Shown here in pieces: positions 19,497 through 28,682 of a stretch of DNA of 64,000 bases; positions within the stretch are counted from its first letter, which is position 1, and each line of letters starts with the position of its first letter. The translations under genes and the position numbers were made by a program. The notes under the pieces were generated by a model. That model made no database searches and was not told where the DNA came from. It saw only the letters and a list, made by a program, of their open reading frames with translations. The stretch comes from a virus. Its lineage: Duplodnaviria > Caudoviricetes. The stretch is from the IMG/VR virus record IMGVR_UViG_2597489997_000001, positions 192,001-256,000 of that record. One strand, written 5' to 3'.

Positions 19497-19898
19497 ATGA
19501 ACGTCACCTTATACCTGGATACTCCAGAACATCACCCAACTTCTAAAATGCCACGAGCTATTCGTGAGCTTTGGTATTCCAATCGTCGGGAGGGTCTGCT
19601 TTCTTTGGTGGAAGGGTATGGTTGCCCCCACAGTGGTTGTGAACATCGTTTCCACTTCACTGCACCACGGGCTGATGTAGTGGCATGGTTGGACTTGTTT
19701 GTAGAAGAGTTCCCTGACTGTTCTCCAGAAGTGGCTATTCTGAAATCAAAGATTCGTATTGGTTTCGTACAAGGAATCGGCGTGGACTCCCGTGGGAATA
19801 TGCGCCTCGTATTAAAAACTATTCAGCGCCAAGTGGGATATAACGGTGAACTACTATCACGCCCATGGTTTTGGACACCTGAGTGGGAAGAAAAATAA
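19497..19898 (+). CDS. Hypothetical protein
   Basis: AAGGA RBS; operon context. Confidence 0.7.
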   Translation: MNVTLYLDTPEHHPTSKMPRAIRELWYSNRREGLLSLVEGYGCPHSGCEHRFHFTAPRADVVAWLDLFVEEFPDCSPEVAILKSKIRIGFVQGIGVDSRGNMRLVLKTIQRQVGYNGELLSRPWFWTPEWEEK

Positions 19899-19941
19899 AC
19901 CCATCCATATTTCTTACTAACAAACTCTTTGAGGTTAACAA

Positions 19942-20274
19942 ATGAAATACATTAGTTCTTTTATTCACGTCCCTACTACTGACGGTCAGTTGGCTCTCGA
20001 TGTAACAGCTATCACTTCCATCTCTGGTCATGCTGGTGAATACAAGTGTTGCGTGATGACTACTGGCCCTTCACCGGTCGTTGTTGATATGAACCGTGAT
20101 AAACTCATTGACATGGTGGAGCAACTTCGTCGCCAGATCTGGGAAAATCAGCAGAAGGGTAATGCGGTTGCGATCAATCTCTTAACAGAGATTGCTAAGA
20201 ACACGACACCAGAACCATCAATCACCCAGCAGTTAACTAAAACAGTTCACTTTGGGAATAACCATACAGGATAA
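19942..20274 (+). CDS. Small beta-sheet protein, FlbD/SwrD/LytTR-like pattern
   Basis: FIHVPTTDGQLALDVTAITSISG..CCVMT..VVVDMNRDKLIDMV; GAGG RBS. Confidence 0.55.
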   Translation: MKYISSFIHVPTTDGQLALDVTAITSISGHAGEYKCCVMTTGPSPVVVDMNRDKLIDMVEQLRRQIWENQQKGNAVAINLLTEIAKNTTPEPSITQQLTKTVHFGNNHTG

Positions 20275-20689
20275 AAAAGTGAAAAGAGAAATCGAAGTAA
20301 ATCTGATAGATATGCTCGGTGATAACTCTTCTGGTACCACCCCAGAACTTATTAATATTGAAAATATTGCTACAGTGGGTAGCAATAATAATTTCAATAC
20401 AGGGACCATTCGTCTGGATGATGGTAAGGTTTACTATACCAAGGAAAGTTATAGTCAGCTCCGTGACAAGATTGAAGAAGCTAAAATTCTTCGTGAATGT
20501 TACACTGTGAAAATGAAGTCCGAGGGAAAGCGACCTAGTAATACCCACTACATCCCCCTCGAGTCAGTCGACCTCATTGAGGTTAACTCTGAAACTAACC
20601 ATGTAACATTATGGTGTAAAGGGACCCGCTTCAATACTGGCATGACTGGCATTGAACTTCGTAAAACTATCATCAAACTTCCAATGTAA
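20252..20689 (+). CDS. Protein with two FlbD/SwrD-like repeats (start uncertain; GTG 20279 possible)
   Basis: LINIENIATV..TIRLDDGKVYYTKESYSQLRDKI, followed by YIPLESVDLIE..VTLWCKGTRFNTGMTGIELRKTI. Confidence 0.6.
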   Translation: MGITIQDKKVKREIEVNLIDMLGDNSSGTTPELINIENIATVGSNNNFNTGTIRLDDGKVYYTKESYSQLRDKIEEAKILRECYTVKMKSEGKRPSNTHYIPLESVDLIEVNSETNHVTLWCKGTRFNTGMTGIELRKTIIKLPM

Positions 20690-20698
20690 GGGATAGTA

Positions 20699-20917
20699 AT
20701 GGAAATCACAATTGATTTAGATGTTGATCGACACGGCGTATCATCCAAGATCGTTAAGGTTGAAGATATTGCTTGGATGTCCGGGCACGCTAGGCGACCA
20801 GGTTGCTACGTGACTATGAAGGATGGTTCTCGTTATAAATCCACTAACGATTCCATTGCCCTCCGTCAGCGTCTCGACCAAGCTAAAGCTAACGATACTA
20901 AGCCGCAGAGAGGTTAA
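20699..20917 (+). CDS. Small FlbD/SwrD-like protein
   Basis: IVKVEDIAWMSG..CYVTMKDGSRYKSTNDSIALRQRL. Confidence 0.55.
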   Translation: MEITIDLDVDRHGVSSKIVKVEDIAWMSGHARRPGCYVTMKDGSRYKSTNDSIALRQRLDQAKANDTKPQRG

Positions 20918-21075
20918 TGTGAAGGGTGTATCTCGCCGGTCGTTGTTACTGTTTGCGGTGGGAAGATCCATTACACCAAAAGCAGTCGTTGTGGGCACAG
21001 TAACAGAAGTAATTTGTAAAGCCGTAATTGGGCCAGAGCTAACTTTGCTCACTAACTTTAGAAAGAGGTTGCAAC

Positions 21076-21531
21076 ATGTTAAGTAAATTTAAGTACAATC
21101 GCATTACGGGGATGTGGTCTCGTATCTTACTGCTTTCTGACGGTAAAAATAATCCTTACCAAAATGAGGTGATGTTAACTCCTGTTGAGTTGGCTGGCTA
21201 TCCTCGTACCTGGGATGAAGTAGCGGAACTGAATGTGGTTAAGTATTTCCATCAGCAGCTTCCTAACGACGTTAGTTACTACTCCGAACTCCCTTCTGAT
21301 ATTGAACACGAGATGCTGGAGAATCTTCCTTACCGTGTTTGGGATGTCTTAGTACAAAAAGATATTCCACTTATTCACGTAACTCTCCCATCTGGGTTTA
21401 TCGTGAAAGGGAAGGTCTGCGTATCGGGTTTCAAGGAACTTATGGAACCTCAGCACACTCTCGGTAGCGAAGCACTGGGTAACCAGTTGAAGTCGTCTCT
21501 CTTTGGTAAGGAAAGTAACGATGCTCAGTAA
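21076..21531 (+). CDS. Hypothetical protein, paralog of the downstream gene
   Basis: GAGGT RBS; FKYNR..WSRILL..LTPV..WDEV..LP. Confidence 0.75.
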   Translation: MLSKFKYNRITGMWSRILLLSDGKNNPYQNEVMLTPVELAGYPRTWDEVAELNVVKYFHQQLPNDVSYYSELPSDIEHEMLENLPYRVWDVLVQKDIPLIHVTLPSGFIVKGKVCVSGFKELMEPQHTLGSEALGNQLKSSLFGKESNDAQ

Positions 21532-22321
21532 GAATAAAGATTGGTTCCGTTTTAATCGCTACTTCCGCTGTTGGGAGCGCGTGTTATTACGGGGTGGTGG
21601 TGACTATACTCATCAGGTCTCGGTTGACTTAACTCCGGTAAACGATACCCCTAATGAGTGGGATAAGGTACGCGAAGTAACCATCTCTCGCCGAGATATT
21701 CGTTTCGCAGCAAAACCTTTACTGGCACGTGACATCGTCTGGACGCATCATCTTCCAGATGAAGTGTATGACCAGATGGTTAAGAATCTCGGTAAAGATA
21801 AGGCTGATTTCTTAGTCCATGCTGATATCTACAAATTGGTGGATTGGAATGAATACTCTAAGTACTCATTCGGCGCGTCTTGTGCGTTACGCTTAGTTCG
21901 CCGTGATCTGACGGTTAACTTCCGTTCCATCCATACAGATGAGTATGGCACTCGTGAAATCTATCTGAAACCATCCCAGTTCCAGCTACACACGGATATC
22001 TCTATATCTCCTAACTGTGACATGGTTGGTGGAGTTGCCTTCACTAAAAGCTCCGAGGGCACTGGTAACTCGATGAACACGATTGTGATCTATTACGATC
22101 ATATCAATCAGCTGACTGCCATAGAGATCAAAGCCTGTATCCCAGAGAAGGAAGAACTGAATACTCGCATTATTGGTCGCCATGGCGAACGTTGGGATGA
22201 CCGTATTACTAACTATATGGATGAGTTAGTTTCGCTCGGTTATTTCAATGTTGGGAATATTGGCGTAGTGCGTGAAATATCCGCTAACGCCTGGACTCTA
22301 ATTCAATCGGGGAATATCTAA
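21521..22321 (+). CDS. Hypothetical protein, paralog of the upstream gene with an added C-terminal domain
   Basis: AAGGA RBS, ATG 21521; FRFNR..WERVLL..LTPV..WDKV..LP. Confidence 0.75.
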   Translation: MLSKNKDWFRFNRYFRCWERVLLRGGGDYTHQVSVDLTPVNDTPNEWDKVREVTISRRDIRFAAKPLLARDIVWTHHLPDEVYDQMVKNLGKDKADFLVHADIYKLVDWNEYSKYSFGASCALRLVRRDLTVNFRSIHTDEYGTREIYLKPSQFQLHTDISISPNCDMVGGVAFTKSSEGTGNSMNTIVIYYDHINQLTAIEIKACIPEKEELNTRIIGRHGERWDDRITNYMDELVSLGYFNVGNIGVVREISANAWTLIQSGNI

Positions 22322-22773
22322 TGGATGAGCTTTATCATTTTGATTATGGCGTACTTATCACTTATGGTGAAGGGCCGTCGTGTAATGTAGCCGTGTTCCG
22401 TGATTACTGCTCTGATCCGGAAATGCTTACTTTTATCGGCGATCGTAAATTGAACTTCAACAATGTTCCATCCATTCCTGTTCCTAACTCATTTAAAGAG
22501 ATTAGCGAAGTGATCGATGGAGTAGAACGCACAACCAGTTTCTCACCAAGTCACGTTGCCCAAATACTGGATAAGCTGAACTGGGCTGGGTTCTGTTATC
22601 TCGAAAAGAATGATCAACGTAGAACAGCATTGGGAATTCTCCCTACGGTAATCTTTGTAGATACCGATCATTATATCGATTCAACCCACTGGGAAGAAAT
22701 CTCGACTCAACGCGCTATTGAGTTAATTAACCAACACACAACTCCTAAGAAGGAAGAGGAAAATGCAGCTTAA
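22321..22773 (+). CDS. Hypothetical protein
   Basis: TAATG coupling to the upstream gene. Confidence 0.7.
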   Translation: MDELYHFDYGVLITYGEGPSCNVAVFRDYCSDPEMLTFIGDRKLNFNNVPSIPVPNSFKEISEVIDGVERTTSFSPSHVAQILDKLNWAGFCYLEKNDQRRTALGILPTVIFVDTDHYIDSTHWEEISTQRAIELINQHTTPKKEEENAA

Positions 22774-23221
22774 GTTTTTGTTTGGTACTGTTCGTGCTAT
22801 TCCTGAAGGATCAGAAGACATCATTGAAAATGTGAAGTTGAAAGACTTCCTGGCGTTGACCCGCAAGACAGATGTGTTCCAGCATTCTGATATGCGTTCG
22901 ATGGTGGTAATGGGTCTTTCCACTGGCGGGTTCGTTAAGAAACTCCATAACCCAGAAAGGATGGACTTCTACGGTGAATCAATTTCTTGTCGTGTCAGAA
23001 CTGATGAAAGCATGGATCCTATCTATGCTGAGTTAATCAAGACCGGGACCTGGTGGAAACATGAATTCCAACAGCACAAGAAAACGTTTACTATCTTCGG
23101 GGTAACCGAAGCTGGGTTTAAACCTTCTTCCGGGGTAAGTGAGTTGAATTGGGTTGAGACAACTCATGCCGACATGCTAGATATTGTAAGGGCTGAAGAC
23201 GAAGCGTCAAACGGCTGGTAA
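22763..23221 (+). CDS. Hypothetical protein
   Basis: GAGGA RBS; ends at a terminator. Confidence 0.7.
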   Translation: MQLKFLFGTVRAIPEGSEDIIENVKLKDFLALTRKTDVFQHSDMRSMVVMGLSTGGFVKKLHNPERMDFYGESISCRVRTDESMDPIYAELIKTGTWWKHEFQQHKKTFTIFGVTEAGFKPSSGVSELNWVETTHADMLDIVRAEDEASNGW

Positions 23222-23230
23222 ACAAACATA

Positions 23231-23262
23231 AACTCTACTCACCCATTTGGGTGAGTAGAGTT
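23231..23262. terminator. Bidirectional terminator
   Basis: AACTCTACTCACCCA-TT-TGGGTGAGTAGAGTT between convergent genes. Confidence 0.85.
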
Positions 23263-23288
23263 GTTAACATATATGTTTTATTTTGGTT

Positions 23289-23891
23289 TTACGGTACTGC
23301 TTGAACGTCTTCGATAACATACAGATGTCCGGCCAAGGCATCTATATTGAGCGCAGTAATACCGAATACACCAGAGTTCCAACTTACCATATCAATTGGC
23401 TGGTAATCCGTTTCAATGGTATCCCAATAGATATCACCCATCAGCTTCATTGCGTTATCAGGGTTGACATCATCGCGCTCCATCACTAGTCCGTATTTGG
23501 ACGTTTCAGTAATGAAGACCACTCCAGCTTGCTGGTTACCATTTTTAATCGCACCAACTAAATCCATAGTAGTTGCATGAGTACGAATAGTGACTGCGAA
23601 CTCTTCAAAGATGAGAGATACGTCTACCTTCTCAACTTCAAAGTCGCCGCGCAGGAAACCAGTCTTACGGGATACGAAACAGGCAAGCTCGTTGCCATTA
23701 CTAAACGAAACCGGAGGCTCAATGATAACGTCTTCGGCTGTCAAGCCGGTATAACGTTTCTTCGCCAGTTCGAGTTCGCTACTAGGTCCTTGTGCTTCCA
23801 GTTTTCTTATGCGTTCTTCCATCCATTTACGAGCGGATAAGAATACAGGATCTTTGACCTTTTTATTGTTCACGCCTGTGACAACAATCAT
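23289..23891 (-). CDS. Stand-alone 200-aa copy of the shared N-terminal domain
   Basis: KDPVF..ELELAKKRYTGL..IEPPVSF..CFVSRKTGF aligns with the giant ORF N-terminus (KDPLF..ELELARQRYTGL..IEDPISF..CIVSRKTGF). Confidence 0.85.
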   Translation of the reverse strand: MIVVTGVNNKKVKDPVFLSARKWMEERIRKLEAQGPSSELELAKKRYTGLTAEDVIIEPPVSFSNGNELACFVSRKTGFLRGDFEVEKVDVSLIFEEFAVTIRTHATTMDLVGAIKNGNQQAGVVFITETSKYGLVMERDDVNPDNAMKLMGDIYWDTIETDYQPIDMVSWNSGVFGITALNIDALAGHLYVIEDVQAVP

Positions 23892-23966
23892 GAGTCATTA
23901 CCTATAGGTGAAAATTAAAACGATTGGATATCCAAACGATTCAACCGTTATTTAATTTGTAATAAA

Positions 23967-23994
23967 TTACAAGCAGATATTATCCTTATGTAGA
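23967..23994 (+). promoter_or_regulatory. Phage early promoter motif, copy 2
   Basis: TTACAAGCAGATATTATCCTTATGTAGA. Confidence 0.65.
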
Positions 23995-24026
23995 CAATAT
24001 TAATGAAGTTAATAGAGGATTAAAAT

Positions 24027-24464
24027 ATGGCTGTTCTGATTGATGGGATTACTTTGGATGTTGATCAACTTAGACGCATACAGATGTTGTACGGTTCAAT
24101 CGAAAAGATGAAGACCTATCCTTTCTGGATTGAGTGCCAACAGAAACATAAGTATTTAACTGACTTGATTGAGAACATCAAGATAGGTCGCCAAATGGAA
24201 AAAGATAATACTCCTCGTTGGAATATTTTATCGCGTTGGATAGTGAGTCCATTAGGTACCTGGGGGATGAATAAATTTATCATCCCTCGTATTGAGAAAC
24301 TCAAAGAAAAATATCAAACCCTACTCACCCTTCCAGCTGGGTTTGCTGTCTCCGCCGCCAATGAAGAGTTCGATAAGTTCATTGAAGAACTCGGTAATTT
24401 CATTGCTGTCACTAACAAAATAACTGGAATTAAGGACGACCCTTATGTCAAACCAAAAGCTTGA
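24027..24464 (+). CDS. Hypothetical protein
   Basis: GAGGA RBS; first gene after the promoter motif. Confidence 0.7.
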   Translation: MAVLIDGITLDVDQLRRIQMLYGSIEKMKTYPFWIECQQKHKYLTDLIENIKIGRQMEKDNTPRWNILSRWIVSPLGTWGMNKFIIPRIEKLKEKYQTLLTLPAGFAVSAANEEFDKFIEELGNFIAVTNKITGIKDDPYVKPKA

Positions 24465-24855
24465 TTTATCTAAACCATTTGTAGCTGATCGTTCAGAAAT
24501 TGCAGCTGATGTGATTAGCGATCTTTGTAACCATATCGAACACGCCCAGAGCATTTTCAAACTGGCTCCAATTTTTCATATTGGTAAGTTCTTCTCATCT
24601 CTCGGAATGAAACTGGATATTAAGAAGGCTGTCTCTGTTTCTTACCAGCTGCGCGAAATCAAGTTATGGTTGGCGGATGGCCAGAGAAGTAAAGACTTCA
24701 GTGATACACATGAATTATTATGTGAACTGAATGACCTCCTGGAAGAGAATAAGGAACTTCTGATCAGGGTGTTCGAGCCAGTTGCCATCGACTGTAATTT
24801 ACGGGTTGATGGGACAGAGTTATTTAACGCAACAACTTATGGAGGGCAGATATGA
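24445..24855 (+). CDS. Hypothetical protein
   Basis: AAGGA RBS; overlaps its neighbours. Confidence 0.7.
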   Translation: MSNQKLDLSKPFVADRSEIAADVISDLCNHIEHAQSIFKLAPIFHIGKFFSSLGMKLDIKKAVSVSYQLREIKLWLADGQRSKDFSDTHELLCELNDLLEENKELLIRVFEPVAIDCNLRVDGTELFNATTYGGQI

Positions 24856-25406
24856 ATACACTTTTCTGGGCCGATGGTCATGTTGATCATTTAGCAGCAG
24901 CGAAACGTAGAGGGTTTGAAACTCTTCGTGAATTCCAGGAGAAGTTTGCTGATGGGTGGTGTAGCAAGGCAAACAAGAACTCTATCGTCTACTGTGTGGG
25001 TGATATGGCTCTCTTCCATGAGGGATTAGTTTTCCTCAAGAAGTTACCTGGTAAGAAGATCTTGGTTATGGGCAACCATGACACCGAGCGTCAAAACGAT
25101 ACTCGCGATCTGTTAGAAGTTTATGATGAACTCGCTGGGTTCCATAAACATAAGAAGTCCCCATTGTACATCGGACATTGTCCAAGTCACCCGTCCCAGT
25201 TACGTGGCCGACTAATGGTACATGGGCATACTCATACGGACATTATTCCGGATGAGCGATACGTTAACGTCTGTTGGGATTTACTCCAAGACGGCCCCGT
25301 ATCGATTGAAGATATTGTGTCCGGGAAATATAAGTCCTGGCGTAAACCCGATTTATTTAAGGAGCATCAGCACCATGATAAAGTTCATCGACCGAATGTT
25401 AACTAG
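24852..25406 (+). CDS. Calcineurin-like metallophosphoesterase
   Basis: Motifs DGH..H, VGD, GNHD, HCP, HGHTH, NVC. Confidence 0.9.
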   Translation: MNTLFWADGHVDHLAAAKRRGFETLREFQEKFADGWCSKANKNSIVYCVGDMALFHEGLVFLKKLPGKKILVMGNHDTERQNDTRDLLEVYDELAGFHKHKKSPLYIGHCPSHPSQLRGRLMVHGHTHTDIIPDERYVNVCWDLLQDGPVSIEDIVSGKYKSWRKPDLFKEHQHHDKVHRPNVN

Positions 25407-25584
25407 CCTATATATCTATAGCACTGCATTCTGGTTTATCTCTCTGGGTTTGCACATCTTTAAGCCAAGCCCTAAAACATCAACTTTCTTCTTTGATGTC
25501 GCTGCACCAGTGACGTTAAGTGTGGTGGCTATCGCTATGTGTCACTGGGCTTACCATTACCGGAAACTGTTGAAAGGTAGTTAA
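25375..25584 (+). CDS. Small two-TM membrane protein
   Basis: AAGGAG RBS, ATG 25375 (MIKFIDRMLT...). Confidence 0.6.
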   Translation: MIKFIDRMLTSLYIYSTAFWFISLGLHIFKPSPKTSTFFFDVAAPVTLSVVAIAMCHWAYHYRKLLKGS

Positions 25585-25812
25585 ATGTTCATGCGCTTAA
25601 TGAAGTTGACCTACATCCTGTTAATACTTATGTTTGTGGGTCACTGGATTTATCTGAACGTTGGAACCATGGATGAGGAATTCCGTGGGTTTTTATTTAA
25701 GGTAAATGTAATACTAGGAATTGCTATTGCTTACCTAACCTACGCATTCATTATGAATAGCGTAGAAACAACCATCCAAACTGAAGAAGAGGATTTTCAT
25801 GAAAACTCGTAA
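25585..25812 (+). CDS. Small two-TM membrane protein
   Basis: Two hydrophobic helices; abuts the upstream stop. Confidence 0.7.
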   Translation: MFMRLMKLTYILLILMFVGHWIYLNVGTMDEEFRGFLFKVNVILGIAIAYLTYAFIMNSVETTIQTEEEDFHENS

Positions 25813-26044
25813 CGGCGAAACCGGTATCTCTAAACGTTTCAAGTGGATCTCCGGTATTTACACGGTAATCATCATTGCCATCATTCTGTACATCCTGGCT
25901 GCCGATTGGTTGAACTATGCGGCTAACCCTACACTGATCAAATACCATGACAACCTTTTGTTCCCACTTTGGGTACTGATGGTCGGTTATGAGTTCGGTG
26001 TGCGTCGCACCTACAAAAAGCTAACCGCCCGATGGAAACATTAA
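25799..26044 (+). CDS. Small two-TM membrane protein
   Basis: GAGGA RBS; two hydrophobic helices. Confidence 0.7.
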   Translation: MKTRNGETGISKRFKWISGIYTVIIIAIILYILAADWLNYAANPTLIKYHDNLLFPLWVLMVGYEFGVRRTYKKLTARWKH

Positions 26045-26274
26045 AAGAACTGGGTAAACTGTTGGATGAGATGCTGACTAGATTGTCAGCACTTATCTTA
26101 ACCGTTGCGCTTGCAGGAACATTGTTCTGGCCAATAGGACCAGAAGAATGGTGGGATCGTTTCCTCAAGTATGTTTACATGGGAGTTGGTGGCGTGGCGA
26201 TATATTTGGTCGCCCCTATCATCTACTATTTCTTTAAAGCAGCTTATTACGACTGGAAATTAAAAAGGCTATGA
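26032..26274 (+). CDS. Small two-TM membrane protein
   Basis: Two hydrophobic helices; ATGA overlap with thyA. Confidence 0.65.
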   Translation: METLKELGKLLDEMLTRLSALILTVALAGTLFWPIGPEEWWDRFLKYVYMGVGGVAIYLVAPIIYYFFKAAYYDWKLKRL

Positions 26275-27449
26275 AAAAGTATAATCGTTATGAAGCCTGG
26301 TACATGGACCAACTGGGTAACATCATTGAGAACGGGCAACGTCGTGGGGATCGTACAGGGACTGGTGTTATTTCACAGCCAAACCTCAGTTACACCCATG
26401 ACCTCCGTGAGTCGTACCCATTGATGTTTGGTCGTCAGTTTGTTTATGATCAACCCATCACTGAAATGATCTGGATGATGTCGGGTAGCTCCAATATCCA
26501 ATATCTGAAAGATAACGGTTGTCCTTTCTGGAATGGCTTTGCTGTTAAAGATGGTCAGGTGACTGAAGCTGATCTGACCCGCATGGAACGACTAAAGATC
26601 TTGGCTGACCAACGTGGGATGCCATTGAGTCAAGTCGGTACCTTATTCGGTAACATCCCTCTTGCAGAGATCGATGAAGAACTGGATAAGCAGCAGATTC
26701 CAAATATGGTAAATGCTGCTGTGGGTAAGATTGGTGAATTAGGTCCTGTGTATGGGGTTATGTGGCGTTACTGGCCAAACCCTGATGGAACTACATTCGA
26801 TCAGTTGGCGTACGCTCTGCGCGAGCTACAAAAGAACCCTAACAACCGTCGTATAGTAGTAGACTGCTGGAACCCAAGTTTCTTACCTGATCCGAAGATC
26901 AAACCCGCCGATAACGCAGCAAAAGGTAAAATGGCATTAACACCGTGTCACTTTGCTTTTGGTTTCTACACATGGGAAATTCCTTTCCATGAGCGGGCTG
27001 AACTTCTGATTAAAGAAATGGGTGCCGAAGGTAATAAATTCTACCCAATCCGTAACGAAGATCGTTCCGATTACGAACTTTTGTTTGAGATTCACGGTAT
27101 CCCTGAGTATTACCTGGATATCAACTTTACCATGCGTAGTAATGACTGGATTCTCGGTCAACCTGCTAACATGAACATGTATTCTGCAATGAACATTATG
27201 TTCGCCCAGCAGTGTAACATGGTTCCTCGCTTCGTTAACTATACGGGCTGGGATTCTCATGTTTACACCAACCATCTGGAAGGTGCTGCTGAATTGCAGA
27301 AACGTTGGGAAAGTGGGATTTACAAATACCAGACTGTTGGGATGCATACCAATAAAAAGGATGACCTCTTTGGTTACCATAAGTCTGATTTCCAATTAAT
27401 CGGTGACTATAATCCTGGAGAAAAGATTAAGTTCCCAATCGCAATTTAA
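26271..27449 (+). CDS. thyA: Thymidylate synthase (ThyA type) with two insertions
   Basis: DRTGTG, GELGPVYG..WR, NRRIVV..WNP, ALTPCH, RSNDWILGQPAN, DSHVYTNH. Confidence 0.95.
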   Translation: MKKYNRYEAWYMDQLGNIIENGQRRGDRTGTGVISQPNLSYTHDLRESYPLMFGRQFVYDQPITEMIWMMSGSSNIQYLKDNGCPFWNGFAVKDGQVTEADLTRMERLKILADQRGMPLSQVGTLFGNIPLAEIDEELDKQQIPNMVNAAVGKIGELGPVYGVMWRYWPNPDGTTFDQLAYALRELQKNPNNRRIVVDCWNPSFLPDPKIKPADNAAKGKMALTPCHFAFGFYTWEIPFHERAELLIKEMGAEGNKFYPIRNEDRSDYELLFEIHGIPEYYLDINFTMRSNDWILGQPANMNMYSAMNIMFAQQCNMVPRFVNYTGWDSHVYTNHLEGAAELQKRWESGIYKYQTVGMHTNKKDDLFGYHKSDFQLIGDYNPGEKIKFPIAI

Positions 27450-27499
27450 TTAACTAGGAACAGGGATCCATTAGGGTCCTTGTTCTTGAGGTATTGCAG

Positions 27500-27775
27500 A
27501 TGGACGTCTTACACGAAATTATAACACTCTGTACTGAAAACCCAGACGTAGCTTTTAACATGATCGTTTCAGTCATCTTCTTTTTAGGAATGGTTGATAC
27601 AGTTCATGAATATAGTTATCCTGGTGGTATCCCTGCGCGTGACCGTAACTTAGCCGGATATAAATTAAAAGCAGTCGGCTTCTTTACATTGATGTATATT
27701 GGTAATACTTTCCGCTACTTCGTTATCGCCGTTGCGGTAGTCTCCGTAGTCTCAACTATCTATCTCATTATGTAA
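27500..27775 (+). CDS. Membrane protein, hypothetical
   Basis: GAGGT RBS; hydrophobic segments. Confidence 0.65.
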   Translation: MDVLHEIITLCTENPDVAFNMIVSVIFFLGMVDTVHEYSYPGGIPARDRNLAGYKLKAVGFFTLMYIGNTFRYFVIAVAVVSVVSTIYLIM

Positions 27776-27784
27776 GGAATTAAA

Positions 27785-28675
27785 ATGGATCTCCAAGATA
27801 TTAAAAACGTTGCTGGTGTGGCTTATGTACAAACTCGCCTGCAAGCGTTGCTGGAACAGCTGAACCCATTGATCTTCTCGATCAACGAACCTATCGTCGT
27901 TGACGGGATGTGCGGGAATAATACAATCCAAGCATTAAGTAAGTTAGCTCATTTCTATTATGGTGTACATGTCGCACACCCAGCTATACACGAATATGTA
28001 TATGGAATGAACACCATACAGCAGTGGTACCGGAATTTCCATCATCAGGTCAGTGTGAATAATGTCACCACTATTGCTGATTTTGGTATTGCTTTCCACG
28101 ATCCGGAAATGGATGGTAAATGGGGTAAGGATACCAAGGCATGTTTCGACATTATCTTCTCCGACATCGCAGTGGGTAAGAGAAAAACCGGTGGGGCGGA
28201 TCCTAACAAACACGCCTTCCATACATTTTCTGTGGCCAGTCAGAATGACTCTAAATGGGTAGTGGAATCTGAAGCATTACTTCGTAGTGCATTGGCGGTA
28301 CCTGTAAACACCATGGTTTCTGTCTCTCTACTTACGCCTTACAACGTGGTTATCTTTGCGCGCGATATCTACGAAGGTAAACCACGTGGTGTTCTTGTTG
28401 CTCGTAAAATAACTGGTAACTGCTCAGTATCCAAGTTTGCCCAAGACGAATTATTCATTACTGGCCTGCACGTTAATCCTGATCTTGAGTGGGACGATGT
28501 TGCAGAAGGAATGATTAGTAAACTCCTGGAGGTGAGTAAATTTGGGGGAGTTAAGGAAATATCACACGCTCAAACTTTCCAGCGTGGTCCCATGTCTAAA
28601 AGAACAGAAGAACTTTTAGTCTCTAAGTTCTCATTCTACAAAACAGGTCACGGAACAGTAACGCGACGTGGTTAA
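27785..28675 (+). CDS. Peptidoglycan-binding-like repeats fused to a degenerate GNAT-like domain
   Basis: VQTRL..VDGMCGNNTIQAL and MDGKWGKDT (DGxxGxxT motifs); C-terminal ITGLHVNPD..VAEGMISKLL..GVKEI. Confidence 0.6.
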   Translation: MDLQDIKNVAGVAYVQTRLQALLEQLNPLIFSINEPIVVDGMCGNNTIQALSKLAHFYYGVHVAHPAIHEYVYGMNTIQQWYRNFHHQVSVNNVTTIADFGIAFHDPEMDGKWGKDTKACFDIIFSDIAVGKRKTGGADPNKHAFHTFSVASQNDSKWVVESEALLRSALAVPVNTMVSVSLLTPYNVVIFARDIYEGKPRGVLVARKITGNCSVSKFAQDELFITGLHVNPDLEWDDVAEGMISKLLEVSKFGGVKEISHAQTFQRGPMSKRTEELLVSKFSFYKTGHGTVTRRG

Positions 28676-28682
28676 CATATTT

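Noticed and set aside
20823-21086. 87-aa ORF bridging the gap after 20917
   Set aside because: Overlaps the preceding gene out of frame and has no clear start or protein-like features; left uncalled.
24027-24855. Possible paralogy of the two adjacent hypothetical genes
   Set aside because: Only weak similarity (DL..I..P..I..GM); not supportable by eye.
26271-27449. Possible dCMP hydroxymethylase (modified-base system), or an intein/intron in thyA
   Set aside because: The dUMP-specifying Asn (QPAN) is retained, no glycosyltransferase or kinase partners are nearby, and the inserts are short, in frame and lack intein terminal motifs.
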